DNA of 13,436 nucleotides. Origin: Candidatus Bathyarchaeota archaeon. GTDB lineage: Archaea > Thermoproteota > Bathyarchaeia > Bathyarchaeales > Bathycorpusculaceae. Where the stretch lies: positions 1 through 13,436 of the forward strand of contig CAWEPZ010000007.1 in NCBI GenBank assembly GCA_963811105.1, read 5' to 3'. This document shows, one piece after another, positions 1-8,872 of the stretch (positions are counted from its first letter, which is position 1; each line of letters opens with the position of its first letter). Under the pieces are notes generated by a model. It had not been told where the DNA came from, ran no database searches, and saw nothing but the letters and a program-made list of their open reading frames with translations. Both the position numbers and the translations under genes were made by a program.

Positions 1-51
1 AGTGAAAAAGACTATTTGCGCAAAGTTCTAATGCGTCATCCTATCCACTAA
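1..51 (+). CDS. 3' end of an ORF entering the window (...SEKDYLRKVLMRHPIH*)
   Basis: Frame 1 is open from base 1 to TAA at 49-51, just ahead of the next ORF. Confidence 0.4.
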   Translation, partial: SEKDYLRKVLMRHPIH

Positions 52-63
52 TGCATAGGATAG

Positions 64-567
64 GTGCGAATTATGGCTCACAGTTCACCAAACTATATGA
101 AAAATTACCTTGGCCAGAGACGGTTAAAGGCGAAATTTGCTAAGTCTTTAGCCTTTGTCAAATGGTACCAAGACTATAAAAATAATAAGAAAGTGATGTT
201 AGAAATGTTGGAGCGCACAATTAAAGTAGCTGTGTTTGTGCCCAAGTTCCGCAGAGATTACGAAATCATGAGCCCCTTGGAGGCCAAAGAAAAAATTGAC
301 CTAGAAGGCTGGAAAAAAATACTACTCCAAAGAAACTTTGTTATTGGCGATGATGAACTCAATCGTTACTCTATTTTAGATGATGCCACAGAGAAAGTGG
401 TTTCTCTGGAAATGGAGTTAGCTGCAAAATACAAAATTAATCCGTTGTACATTCTCGCCGACATCAATATTTGCCTTGAGGGAGACCAAAAAAGTGGAAA
501 AGTCTATGAAGAAATTGCTGTTTCTCCTGAAATCTACCTAGAATTTTCGGAGGGAAAAATTCAATGA
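64..567 (+). CDS. Hypothetical protein, 167 aa (start GTG 64 or ATG 73)
   Basis: Long ORF in AT-rich DNA; stop overlaps the next start (ATGA 564-567); no recognised motif. Confidence 0.7.
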   Translation: MRIMAHSSPNYMKNYLGQRRLKAKFAKSLAFVKWYQDYKNNKKVMLEMLERTIKVAVFVPKFRRDYEIMSPLEAKEKIDLEGWKKILLQRNFVIGDDELNRYSILDDATEKVVSLEMELAAKYKINPLYILADINICLEGDQKSGKVYEEIAVSPEIYLEFSEGKIQ

Positions 568-860
568 GTGTTAAAGATCTGACAATCGAGCAGCTCAAAG
601 AGAAGCGTTGGGCGATCATGAACGATAATAAGCCATTGCCAAATGGCGGATGGGGACTTACACGCGAAGAATGGGATCAAGCTCTCGCCCTAGATGAAGA
701 ATTAACAAGACGCGGCTACACCGGCGACAGAGCACCAAAAGGCCAAGAACTTACAGCCGAGGAGTGGAATGAAGCTACAGCCGTCAATGAGGCAATAAAG
801 AACTATCAGCTGAAAATAGGAATCTCTTCCAAGGATGCCAAGAATAAGGTGAAACCTTGA
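564..860 (+). CDS. Hypothetical virus-like protein, 98 aa, with an internal repeat (LTREEWDQA / LTAEEWNEA)
   Basis: GGAGG upstream; ATGA and TTGA overlaps at both ends. Confidence 0.75.
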   Translation: MSVKDLTIEQLKEKRWAIMNDNKPLPNGGWGLTREEWDQALALDEELTRRGYTGDRAPKGQELTAEEWNEATAVNEAIKNYQLKIGISSKDAKNKVKP

Positions 861-1033
861 AAGAAAACTATGAACCTTATACTGACAAAGATGGTGTAGA
901 ATGGCAATTTGATTCTTGGCCGGGGCTACTATATACCAGTGTGGAAAACTTCTTGCATCTACAACATTTGGAAGAGGTAGGAAAAACGGGTGATACTCTA
1001 ACAGTTACTTATTCTTATCAGAAAAAACCATGA
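857..1033 (+). CDS. Small hypothetical protein, 58 aa (MKENYEPYTDKDGVEWQFDSWPG...QKKP), not in the ORF track
   Basis: TTG at 857 overlaps the upstream stop; AAGGTGA RBS-like motif just upstream; frame open to TGA 1031-1033. Confidence 0.6.
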   Translation: MKENYEPYTDKDGVEWQFDSWPGLLYTSVENFLHLQHLEEVGKTGDTLTVTYSYQKKP

Positions 1034-1079
1034 CAACAGAACACCCTTCTTCAAATGTTGGCAAGACTAAGGTGAAAAA

Positions 1080-1214
1080 ATGAGTGAGTGTGTGTATGAG
1101 TATGAGTGTATAGAGTAGAAAAAGAAGAAAGATAAAGTCAAGTGTCCTTTTTGCCCTGCGGAATTTGATACTGTGATAGAAATGATTAGGCACGATGATG
1201 CAACCCATGAGTGA
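1080..1214 (+). CDS. Small C2H2 zinc-finger protein with an in-frame TAG at 1116-1118
   Basis: AAGGTGA then ATG 1080; translation MSECVYEYECIE*KKKKDKVKCPFCPAEFDTVIEMIRHDDATHE* gives C-x2-C-x12-H-x4-H with the canonical F position. Confidence 0.65.
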
Positions 1215-1285
1215 AAAACCATTACAAAAAAAGTCTTGATGGCTCATAAATAAAGCATCCACAACACTATTTCTGAGGAATTCAA

Positions 1286-1534
1286 ATGAAAACTGAAGAT
1301 CTAACGGATGAGGATTTACGCGTTATAAGTAATGTGTATTTAAATTTTAGATGTGTGGATTTGGCTGAAAGTGGAGAAACGCGTGAAGCGTGTGAAGCGC
1401 TTAATGTTGCGGATGTTAAACTGCTTTTGGGTAGGTTAATTAGGCTGAATTCGCGTAATATTAAGCGGCGTTTTTACGTATGTACTAACTGTGTTATACG
1501 TTCTAACGCGGTTAGTGTTCTAAGTAAGCTTTAG
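1286..1534 (+). CDS. Hypothetical protein, 82 aa, with C-terminal CxxC
   Basis: GAGG upstream; followed by an oligo-T tract. Confidence 0.6.
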   Translation: MKTEDLTDEDLRVISNVYLNFRCVDLAESGETREACEALNVADVKLLLGRLIRLNSRNIKRRFYVCTNCVIRSNAVSVLSKL

Positions 1535-1547
1535 TTAGTTTTTTTTG
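1535..1547 (+). terminator. Oligo-T archaeal terminator candidate
   Basis: T run immediately after the last + strand gene, ahead of a convergent gene. Confidence 0.4.
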
Positions 1548-1614
1548 AAGGTTAAATATGCCTTCCGGGAATTCCCAAGGAATCTTTAGCGCCCAAAACG
1601 AGTCAGGCCGTCAC

Positions 1615-1926
1615 TCATGTTTTTGTTCGCAATATTTTATAAAGGCATCGCCAACCGGGGTCACTGTTAGCACTCGGCATCCTCCACTTCTGCTAATATG
1701 CCCAAAACTGCTTTCTAGTATTCCCCAGCTCTCTCGCTTCCCTGATAAATTGATTAACTATATGAAAATCAGTGAGCTCACATAACTTTTTGAAATTAAT
1801 AGGTTCGTTAGCTAGGTTATGCTCCTTTACGGCTTTCAACATTACATAATGAGTGTTTTTCGCGTTGGCTCTGTTTAATGTTAAGGTTCCTCTTTTTTTG
1901 GTTTCACTTGACTTTCCAATTGGCAT
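1615..1926 (-). CDS. Winged helix-turn-helix DNA-binding protein; one frameshift near 1722
   Basis: Removing one base at GGGGAA turns ...EARELGNTRKQFWAY* into ...EARELGILESSFGHISRSGGCRVLTVTPVGDAFIKYCEQKT*, a typical wHTH wing plus T-x-x-G ending. Confidence 0.65.
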
Positions 1927-1950
1927 AATTCAAAATTAGCATGTTTCAAC

Positions 1951-1956
1951 TATAAA
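1951..1956 (-). promoter_or_regulatory. TATA box (TTTATA) of the wHTH gene; probably a leaderless transcript
   Basis: Lies 25 nt upstream of ATG 1926; no RBS in between. Confidence 0.55.
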
Positions 1957-1986
1957 GATTACTATTAGCAGCTGCGAACATATTTG

Positions 1987-2031
1987 AAAAAATCAAACAA
2001 AAAAGAAAAACTTTAGCGGAAAACAACCGCT
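1987..2031 (-). terminator. Pilin gene terminator: AGCGG-N7-CCGCT hairpin followed by long T tracts
   Basis: agcgg 2015-2019 pairs with ccgct 2027-2031; A tracts at 1987-2010 read as oligo-T on the minus strand. Confidence 0.65.
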
Positions 2032-2033
2032 TA

Positions 2034-2491
2034 TTAAGACTACGAATGATGACGAAATGAAACTGACCGCCCGCCTGTGTATACTGTTACTGTGTAGGCT
2101 CCTGAAGTGAGAGCTGTTGAATATGTCCAGTTACTGATATCGAGGTTTCCCTTCGTTAGAGCAAGTGGAGTTTCCATACTGGTACTGTGAGTTAAGTACA
2201 GCGCCACTGTGTTTCCTGATGAGTCTTTAATTATCAACCGTTTATTGTTACAGTGTCCTGCCTGTATGATTGAGCATAACTGTTATATGCCTGTGGACTT
2301 CAATTAATACTTGCTGCTTGTACTGAAATTTTTTCTTGTGCTGCTGTTCCGCCTCCAGTCATGGTTGCTAATGTTCCGCTTGTAAACATGTAAACAACTA
2401 CACCGGCGATAACTGCAATTGCAATGAGAATAAGAGTTGCGAATATTGGTGAAATGGCTTTACTATTCTTGATAAATTTCTTGAAATTCAT
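2034..2491 (-). CDS. Archaeal type IV pilin (archaellin/pilin N-terminal domain), about 150 aa, split by several indels; 3' end approximate
   Basis: Class III signal peptide MNFKKFIKNSKA|ISPIFATLILIAIAVIAGVVVYMF, then QEKISVQ; continues in ORF 2040-2237 (IIKDSSGNTV...LTSGAYTVTVYT); RBS GGAGGTG at 2504-2510. Confidence 0.85.
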
Positions 2492-2548
2492 TTTTTATCT
2501 AAACACCTCCTTCTGAAATTTGGTGTGTGACACTCCATTCTGGGAGTT

Positions 2549-2591
2549 TGCTTATAAACTGAGTTTCTCACCAATACAGATTACAAATTCA
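2549..2591 (-). promoter_or_regulatory. Repeat A copy 1, pilin promoter (GAAACTCAG-TTTATAAG on the minus strand)
   Basis: tgcttataaactgagtttctcaccaatacagattacaaattca; TATA about 60 nt upstream of the pilin ATG; near-identical to 3114-3155. Confidence 0.75.
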
Positions 2592-2686
2592 GTTCTGTCG
2601 AAATATTATCCTATGAAAAATCAGCCTATTTAGCAATTCTTAACTGCCAAATATGTTAAAAGCTAAACTACACTTTTCAATAGAGG

Positions 2687-3013
2687 TTATTTTTGCAGTT
2701 TCTTTTTTTGATAATATATTGCTTGTTTAGCTCTAATAGCCTCTCGATTTTGTTCATAGTATTTTGCCATTTTCGCTTTTTTTTGTGGATATTTTTCTGC
2801 TAATTTAGCTAACATATCTTCTCGATTAAGTCGATAATACTCTAATGATTGCGCTGTAAGTTCTGCTTTTTGTTCTTCAGAGTACAAATCGTATTTTTTC
2901 TTAGAATATTTACTGAAGTAGTCTAGGCGTCTCTTGCTTCGTTGTTGCTCTTCTGGTCCCCAACTACCTGAATTGTAAGGCAAATCGGTCAACGCTTGTA
3001 TTTCTTTAACCAA
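2687..3013 (-). CDS. Basic K/Y-rich protein with repeated YY-x2-NRE-x-(M/I)-x-AK motifs
   Basis: YYRLNREDMLAK, YYEQNREAIRAK, YYQKKK. This motif style is common in viral proteins and in N-terminal tails of HNH proteins, but no nuclease domain is present. Confidence 0.65.
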   Translation of the reverse strand: MVKEIQALTDLPYNSGSWGPEEQQRSKRRLDYFSKYSKKKYDLYSEEQKAELTAQSLEYYRLNREDMLAKLAEKYPQKKAKMAKYYEQNREAIRAKQAIYYQKKKLQK

Positions 3014-3055
3014 GCTGCATTTAAAATTTATTAATCAATCCTTCAGTTAACAGAT

Positions 3056-3102
3056 TTTTTTGTTGGTGGATTAGTGCTAGTATCGTCATCGTAATCTTAA
3101 GA
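3056..3102. repeat. Repeat B copy 1 (direct repeat of 8047-8093)
   Basis: ttttttgttggtgGattagTgctagtatc vs ttttttgttggtgTattagCgctagtatc is 27/29 identical; 39/47 ungapped overall by manual count. Confidence 0.8.
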
Positions 3103-3113
3103 CATTAGGCGTC

Positions 3114-3155
3114 TGCTTATAAACTGAGTTTCCTCCAATACAGATTACAAATTCA
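3114..3155 (-). repeat. Repeat A copy 2 (duplicated TATA-containing element)
   Basis: tgcttataaactgagtttcctccaatacagattacaaattca; differs from copy 1 only at a central tca/ct. Confidence 0.9.
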
Positions 3156-3334
3156 AGATTCTGTTAGCTTGTCAGGAGGTAAAAAAGGGGTGTTAAGCGT
3201 CAGGTTGTGGTGACTTGTATTTTTTTGCTCCGAATCGGCGTTTGCGGGTGATATCTCCACTCTGGAACGGGTTCAAATCTCCACTCATCAAATGGATATA
3301 CTTAAAGAATTCAACAAAAAATCGGTCTTAGCTA

Positions 3335-6300
3335 TCATCGTTTTTTCTTGATTATTAATGCAAATGTTGCACTTATTGCTGAAATAACGGCGACTGCCAA
3401 TGCGTAAAGGTATAGGGGTGTTGTTGTGAGTTGTGAAAGAGGTGAAGTTGAAGGCGATGTTGGTTGGTTTGGACTTGGGGATGGAGTTGCTGGGATTACA
3501 GTGGGACTTGGAGTTGGGGTTGAAGTTGGAATTGGTGAAGCTATAGGCATAGAGGTTACTGTGGGCTTAACTGTCGGAGTTACTGAAGGTGATGGCGATG
3601 GACTTGGCTGTGGGAGTTGCGGTAGGAGTAGGCGTAGGAGTTGTTTCTAATAGTGATAGTATCTGAATAGGTTATGCTAGTTAATCCTGCGTTGTTTTTA
3701 ATTTGATAATAAACGGATTTCACTCCTTCTCCAGACGTAAGAGACCATGCAGCGGGTTGTTGCAGGCGTCTCCCAATTTTCATTGTCCCAAACACCATCA
3801 TTACTATAAGCGGACTTGAGATACACCTGAAATAGCATCATGTATAGGTCAAAGTCAAAATCACCGACACTGAAGTCGTAGAAGCGTCACCACTATTGAT
3901 AATTATAGAACCTGTTGGAGGAGTTGTTGTTAATGTGATAGTGTCGGAGTAAGTTTGACTAAATAACCCGATATTATTCTTGACCTGGTAATAGACCGTT
4001 TTTACTCCATCCCCTGGCACTAAAGACCACAATTTAGTCGCAAGCAGGGACATCCCAATCCTCCGTGTCCCAAAAGCCGTCATTGCTGTATCTTACCTGA
4101 GACACACTAGAAAAGGCATCAGTATAAGTCAGGGAAAGCGTTACTGAAGTTGAAATCGTAAAAGCATCACCACCATTTACAGCAATTGAACCTGTGGGTG
4201 CAACTGTGCCCAATATGATAGTGTCCGAGTAAGTTGGGGAAACTAATCCGGCGTTGTCTTTGATTTGATAGTAAACCGTTTTTGTTCCTTCTCCCGATGT
4301 TAAATTCCATGACTTAGACACCGAAGGAAACTCCCACGCTTCACTATCCCAGATACCATCATTGCTATAGCGGACTTGATAGACACCTGACGTTGCTTCA
4401 TTCGCACCCGAGGTTAAGGTCACAGAGATTGAAGAGGTGTAAGCATCACCATCATTAATTAGGATGAAACCAGTCGGCGCGGTCTTATCCAGTTTTATCC
4501 CATTGAGGATATTGTGTGGTAACTCTTCGTGTCCAAGGTTGTCCATGCTCCAATACTCCAATGTGTTGTTGGCGCCCTCAGTATCTATGAACGGTTGACC
4601 GTTTTTGTTAACAGATTTTAGTTGAACCATCATTGATTATATAGTAAGTATCTTTAACAAATGTAAACTCGTCGTCTGTGGCTGAGAGTTTGATTGTAAA
4701 GTCTGATGTGTGCCATAAGCCGTCGTAATTGTGAATTGTGTCTGGAGGCCCATCAGGTGGCACATTCACAGTTAAACCAGAACCCGACAAGATATAGCCT
4801 CCATCATTTGTTTGGATTACGGAATAGGCAACTTCATCGCCTGGTCCCCCATATGTTTTGTTCCACAGTTGATTGCCCACTGAGTCAGTTTTAACTAGCC
4901 AAAAATCTTTGCCTCCAGCACCAAAGGAATTAGTGTAGCCTGCTAAAGCGTAGCCTCCATCATTCGTTTGGATTACGGAATAGGCAACTTCATCGCCTGG
5001 TCCCCCATATGTTTTGTTCCACAGTTGATTGCCCACTGAGTCAGTTTTAACTAGCCAAAAATCTTTGCCTCCAGCACCAAAGGAATTAGTGTAGCCTGCT
5101 AAAGCGTAGCCTCCATCATTCGTTTGGAGTTTAATGTTGAACTCTTTAGATTGAATAATCAGGTGACTTGCTTGCATTGTCCCGTTCCAACCTCTAAAAC
5201 CTACTGCACCAATAGGGTGAGAGCTGTCTTGTACCTCCAAAACCTTAACTCCATCCACAAATAATTGCAAACTATTGCCAATAGCCACCGCTGAAACCAA
5301 ATACCACCTCCCCGCCACCACCTCACTTGCAGACCCGGAATAAGTAAGCTCTTGATATACTCCATTCACAACTTTGGAAATACTGTACTTATGCCCCCAA
5401 CAACCTAAACCCAGCCAGTAAAAGTTGCCAGAGTCAGTGTATCTAACAACAAGACTTGTGTCATTAGAGCTAACCTCACGCATGTTCGCTGTTGCTTGAT
5501 AAGACATCCAATTTGTATGGTCAGCCCAAATCATATTCTCTTGATTGTTCGCTGAATTACATTGAAGCACACCTCCTGAAACTGACCAAACACCCTTAAC
5601 CACAGTCCATTTGCTTAAATCGGCAAAATCGTCGCTAAACAAAACTAGGTCGCCTGGATTAACAGAGAACATATTGCTTGTTCCAGATTTACCGCCGCCA
5701 CTTGTTGAGATTGAAATGCCTGTTCCTGCTTGAGAGAGAGTCACCAAACCCGTCCAAACACCGGAGACAAATGTGGTAGTACTTGTTGGACTTATGGCTC
5801 CCAAAGATACAGTTAAGTTGTTGTTTCCATTATAGTTGGTTACCGTATTACCATTTGAGTCTTTAGCCGTTATCGTTATGCTGAAAGCAGAGCCAGCATT
5901 CTGGGGACTACTAATAACACTGAAGACAAATGCATTCACAGGTTTACCAGAATTCACCGTCAAAAAAGTAACAGATCCGGTACCACTATTATATTTGCTA
6001 TCTCCACTGTAAACCACTCGGAACTGAAAACTACCAGCAGACAAAGGGATATATGTCGTAGAAGCAAAACCACTATTATTCAAAAATACCAATGAGCCAA
6101 TAGTGTTCCAACCGCTGCCATTAATATTCACCTGAAAACTTGCAGTACCAGAAGGAGTAGCGCCCCCACCGGAAACAGTAACAGATAACGACAAAGAAGT
6201 ACCGACATTAGTAGAGCCCGAAGGACTCAAAGTTGGTGCAGGAACAGACGCATTTTGAGCAAGCATATATTGACTTATTTTTAACAAAGGGTCACCAAAT

Positions 6301-7570
6301 ATGTTCATTCCATAAAACCATTTAGGGTCTGAGTCAGCCCACATTATGGACCATGATTTGAAAGCATCTCCGATTGACTTTCCTTGGCCTAAAGGTTGAT
6401 AAAAGTCCCAGAAATTATACATGCTACCTGTTTTAGTTGAACCGACAGCTAAAAGCCCCCAGTTATTATCCGAAAAGGATGGAACCTGCTAAATTATTTG
6501 TTTCTGTAAATCTTGTTCCTGAACAAACAAATAAATTGTAAAATAGGGCTTTAGGATTAGCTGTGGAATAATAAGATGAAGAAACAGATTCGGACTGCCA
6601 TGCTCCATTAATTTTAAAAGTATGACTTGTTGAGCTTCCATGGCACATTAATTGCACCCATTCATAAGAGTTGTATATAATCTGTTTTTATAATCAGTTG
6701 CGTTTGTAGTTGCGTATTCTTTTACCAAAATGGTGTTTTTATATGCTTGTTGAACTGCAAGATTGGTTTCATCAGCACTGCCAGTCCAATCATCATCTAC
6801 ATATACTAACGCTTGGCGAGAAGCAACTAGGTTACCTATTCTATAGTTATGGTCTTTTATGAGATAGTTGTTAATGTATTGAGTTTCATTGCCCGTTATA
6901 CTGGAAGCATCTATTCTAGCTACCCAAATCTCCGGTTGCATTGGAAAGGTATAATTATCAAATACTCCATTGCCGTTTGTGTCTGTCCAGTTACAATCTA
7001 AGTCCATGTAGATAATAGTCTATTGGAAATTTCTCATATCCCCAAGGTGAAGGATTAGTCATTTCATACCAAGCTGTTGGCAAATTTCCGATTAAAATAG
7101 CACCTTGTAAGCTACCGTTGTAGTAACCTTGTTGAAGAAGGGTTCTAACAGTTAAAGCAGAAGATCCTGAAGATAGGGTGATAATAGAAACGTTATAACC
7201 ACTCGATTGTATGTCATTGGAAAACTGAGTTAAAGTAGTTTTTATGGTTGGGTAAATATTTTGGTTTACTATTAACCATATTTGATTTTTAGATTCTGCA
7301 GGAGGAAGAAGACTCGGAAATTTGGGAATTTGCTGCGCTTGCATTGCCGGTTGAATCTACTCTGGTGTCATAGTTCTTAGCCAATGAACCATCAGGAGAA
7401 TACCATAGAAGGGGGTTAAGATTGTTGGTGTCACTTATGGAAGAGGGTTTTTGGGTCGCGGTTGCGATATTTGTCGATGTAACTTCAAAAATCGAAATAT
7501 AAGAGATCAACAATAAAAAGGCTAACGCAACTCCGAGACTATTTTTTCTGCTCAAAGCCTCTCTACTCAA
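3335..7570 (-). CDS. Large secreted, membrane-anchored multidomain protein (~1400 aa), split by about 10 frameshifts. Order: signal peptide, gingipain-like peptidase C25, Ig-like domains, ConA/DUF1080-like domain, beta-propeller blades, three Ig-like repeats, PT/S linker, C-terminal TM
   Basis: Consecutive minus-strand ORF fragments join. C25-like motifs: GAILIGNLP, FPIDYY(Y)MDLD, PEIWVARID, MCHGS (His ~6640), LFVCS (Cys ~6524), GSTK, IFGDP. Ends in LYLYALAVAVISAISATFALII-KKKR. Confidence 0.8.
3655..4480 (-). repeat. Three diverged ~95 aa Ig-like coding repeats (PTGSI.IN.GD..T.S.SV.L...V.QVRYSNDG.WD...W.L..G.G.K.VYYQ.K.N.GL.S.TYSDTI)
   Basis: The motifs recur in ORFs 4034-4633, 3838-4083 and 3580-3801. 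Confidence 0.8.
4795..5128 (-). repeat. 156-bp in-frame tandem repeat (2 copies plus 22 bp) encoding 52-aa propeller blades QTNDGGYALAGYTNSFGAGGKDFWLVKTDSVGNQLWNKTYGGPGDEVAYSVI
   Basis: Units start at 4795, 4951 and 5107; the two full copies differ at one base (4809). Confidence 0.95.
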
Positions 7571-7714
7571 TTAACTCATTAGCTTCAGTTAGCTCTTAAA
7601 GTTTGTGAAAAATATTTTTGATGTTGACTTTACTGGGTTCAAATATTTGCATTAGATAATAATTGATTTTGTAATTTAGAAAAAGATTCAGATTGTGTGG
7701 AGGCTTAGGAGGTT

Positions 7715-8023
7715 ATGGGTAAGACTGTTCCTTCTTATCGGATGGCTTTGGAGTTTGAGATTCATAGGTGGAAAAGATTTAGAAATGCTCTGCCAAACGA
7801 GGAAGCACGAGTTGCCTTTGATGAGCTGATGGATATGTGTAGGGATAATGGGATGGCAAGTGGAAACGCGTGTAACCCAATAGTTTTCGAGCCTATGGTG
7901 ATGTCTATTCTGTTGGCTCAACAGAAGAAATTGCGGGAACTCGAGTACAAACTAAACGATGTACTTTGGCAAAAAATATGTACCCAACCTCAAACGGAGA
8001 CTTCACAGAACCCGTTCGGTTAA
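7715..8023 (+). CDS. Conserved small helical archaeal protein resembling the PolB2-associated family (arCOG07300-like)
   Basis: GGAGGT RBS at 7708-7713; MGKTVPSYRMALE..I.RW..FR.AL...FD.L...FEPMVMSILL pattern. The family assignment is from memory. Confidence 0.65.
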   Translation: MGKTVPSYRMALEFEIHRWKRFRNALPNEEARVAFDELMDMCRDNGMASGNACNPIVFEPMVMSILLAQQKKLRELEYKLNDVLWQKICTQPQTETSQNPFG

Positions 8024-8046
8024 CTAGTTAAGGCTTTTTTTGACTA

Positions 8047-8093
8047 TTTTTTGTTGGTGTATTAGCGCTAGTATCATTAATGCAATCTCAAGA
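8047..8093. repeat. Repeat B copy 2, upstream of the packaging module
   Basis: Matches 3056-3102; contains palindrome TAGCGCTA; preceded by palindrome TTAACTAGTTAA (8020-8031) and T tracts. Confidence 0.8.
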
Positions 8094-8154
8094 GTTAAAG
8101 GCAATTAGGACCACATATTGGTGGTGTACTCATTCTATTACTAGGTTGACTGTC

Positions 8155-8614
8155 GTGAGTAAGCAAGACTTTAAGCTCTTGGAGGATGTTAAGCCAGGGG
8201 ACCTTATTTCTGTTGATTGGTGCGATGCATCTACTGGAAAAAGCAGCATGAACGGTGGCGCCGTAGATGTTCCGGTGCAAAGCTGGGGCATCTTTCTAGG
8301 CGTAATAGCAGGCCGCGTTCAACACATCATTTTAGCCCAGAACAGTTTCTCCTTCACGGAAACAGTCTTTGACCTAGATTATACTTCTATCCCGGTGGGG
8401 TGGACAGTCGGAGTAAAAATTCTAGTTCGCGCAAACGTAAACAGGGAAATTGCTGACTGCATGATTCACAGCTTCGCCAAAAGCAGTTCAGGACAGTCTC
8501 GCTCAAGCATTATCTCATCTAATCTTCTAAACCCACGTGCTCCACAGGATATTCATGTACCATCGCATGCAAAGGGTGAGAATGAGGATGAGGATGCCTT
8601 GGCAGAAAATCTAA
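8155..8614 (+). CDS. Virus-type beta-rich (SH3/Sm-like) hypothetical protein; likely start GTG 8155; 3' end uncertain
   Basis: KPGDLISVDWCDAS...VQSWGIFLG...IILAQN...SIPVGW matches the V-x-W-x-D-A...IP pattern of many small phage proteins. Track ORF 8080-8691 probably fuses this gene with the next. Confidence 0.6.
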
Positions 8615-8849
8615 TTAAACGTGCCCTCACTCGACATCGACAAGTCCGCGGCCGCCCAACCCTGAAGTTGAATTACCCGACGAACGCCTAGTTCTAGGTG
8701 TAGAATTTGCGATTGCAATGGCCATTTGCCTCTCAATCCTCGAGGTTGCCCACATGGCTATATTGGGCAGCTGGAACAGCGAAATTTTCGCAACCATCTC
8801 AGGCCTAGTCGGAATCATAATCGGGTTATTTGTGGGGAAAAAACATTGA
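8599..8849 (+). CDS. Small two-TM membrane protein (holin-like); frameshift near 8660
   Basis: TTG 8599 after GAGGATGAGG; MAENLIKRALTRHRQVRGRP / EVELPDERLVLGVEFAIAMAICLSILEVAHMAILGSWNSEIFATISGLVGIIIGLFVGKKH*. Confidence 0.6.
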
Positions 8850-8872
8850 ACCCTAAAATAGTTTCTCAGAAA

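Noticed and set aside
1005-1785. ORFs 1005-1262 (-) and 1558-1785 (+)
   Set aside because: Antisense to the zinc-finger and wHTH genes.
2034-2491. Archaellin (flaB/arlB)
   Set aside because: Short, with a pilin-type ISPIFATLILIAIAV N-terminus, and no arl operon genes in the window.
3230-3295. Complete tRNA gene
   Set aside because: Only a T-loop-like motif with a broken stem; no D arm, anticodon arm or acceptor stem.
3426-4894. + strand ORFs 3426-3650 and 4706-4894
   Set aside because: Antisense shadows of the PT linker and body of the surface protein.
4795-5128. CRISPR array or DGR template/variable repeat
   Set aside because: The units are in-frame coding repeats with no spacers, only one difference between copies, and no cas or reverse transcriptase gene in the window.
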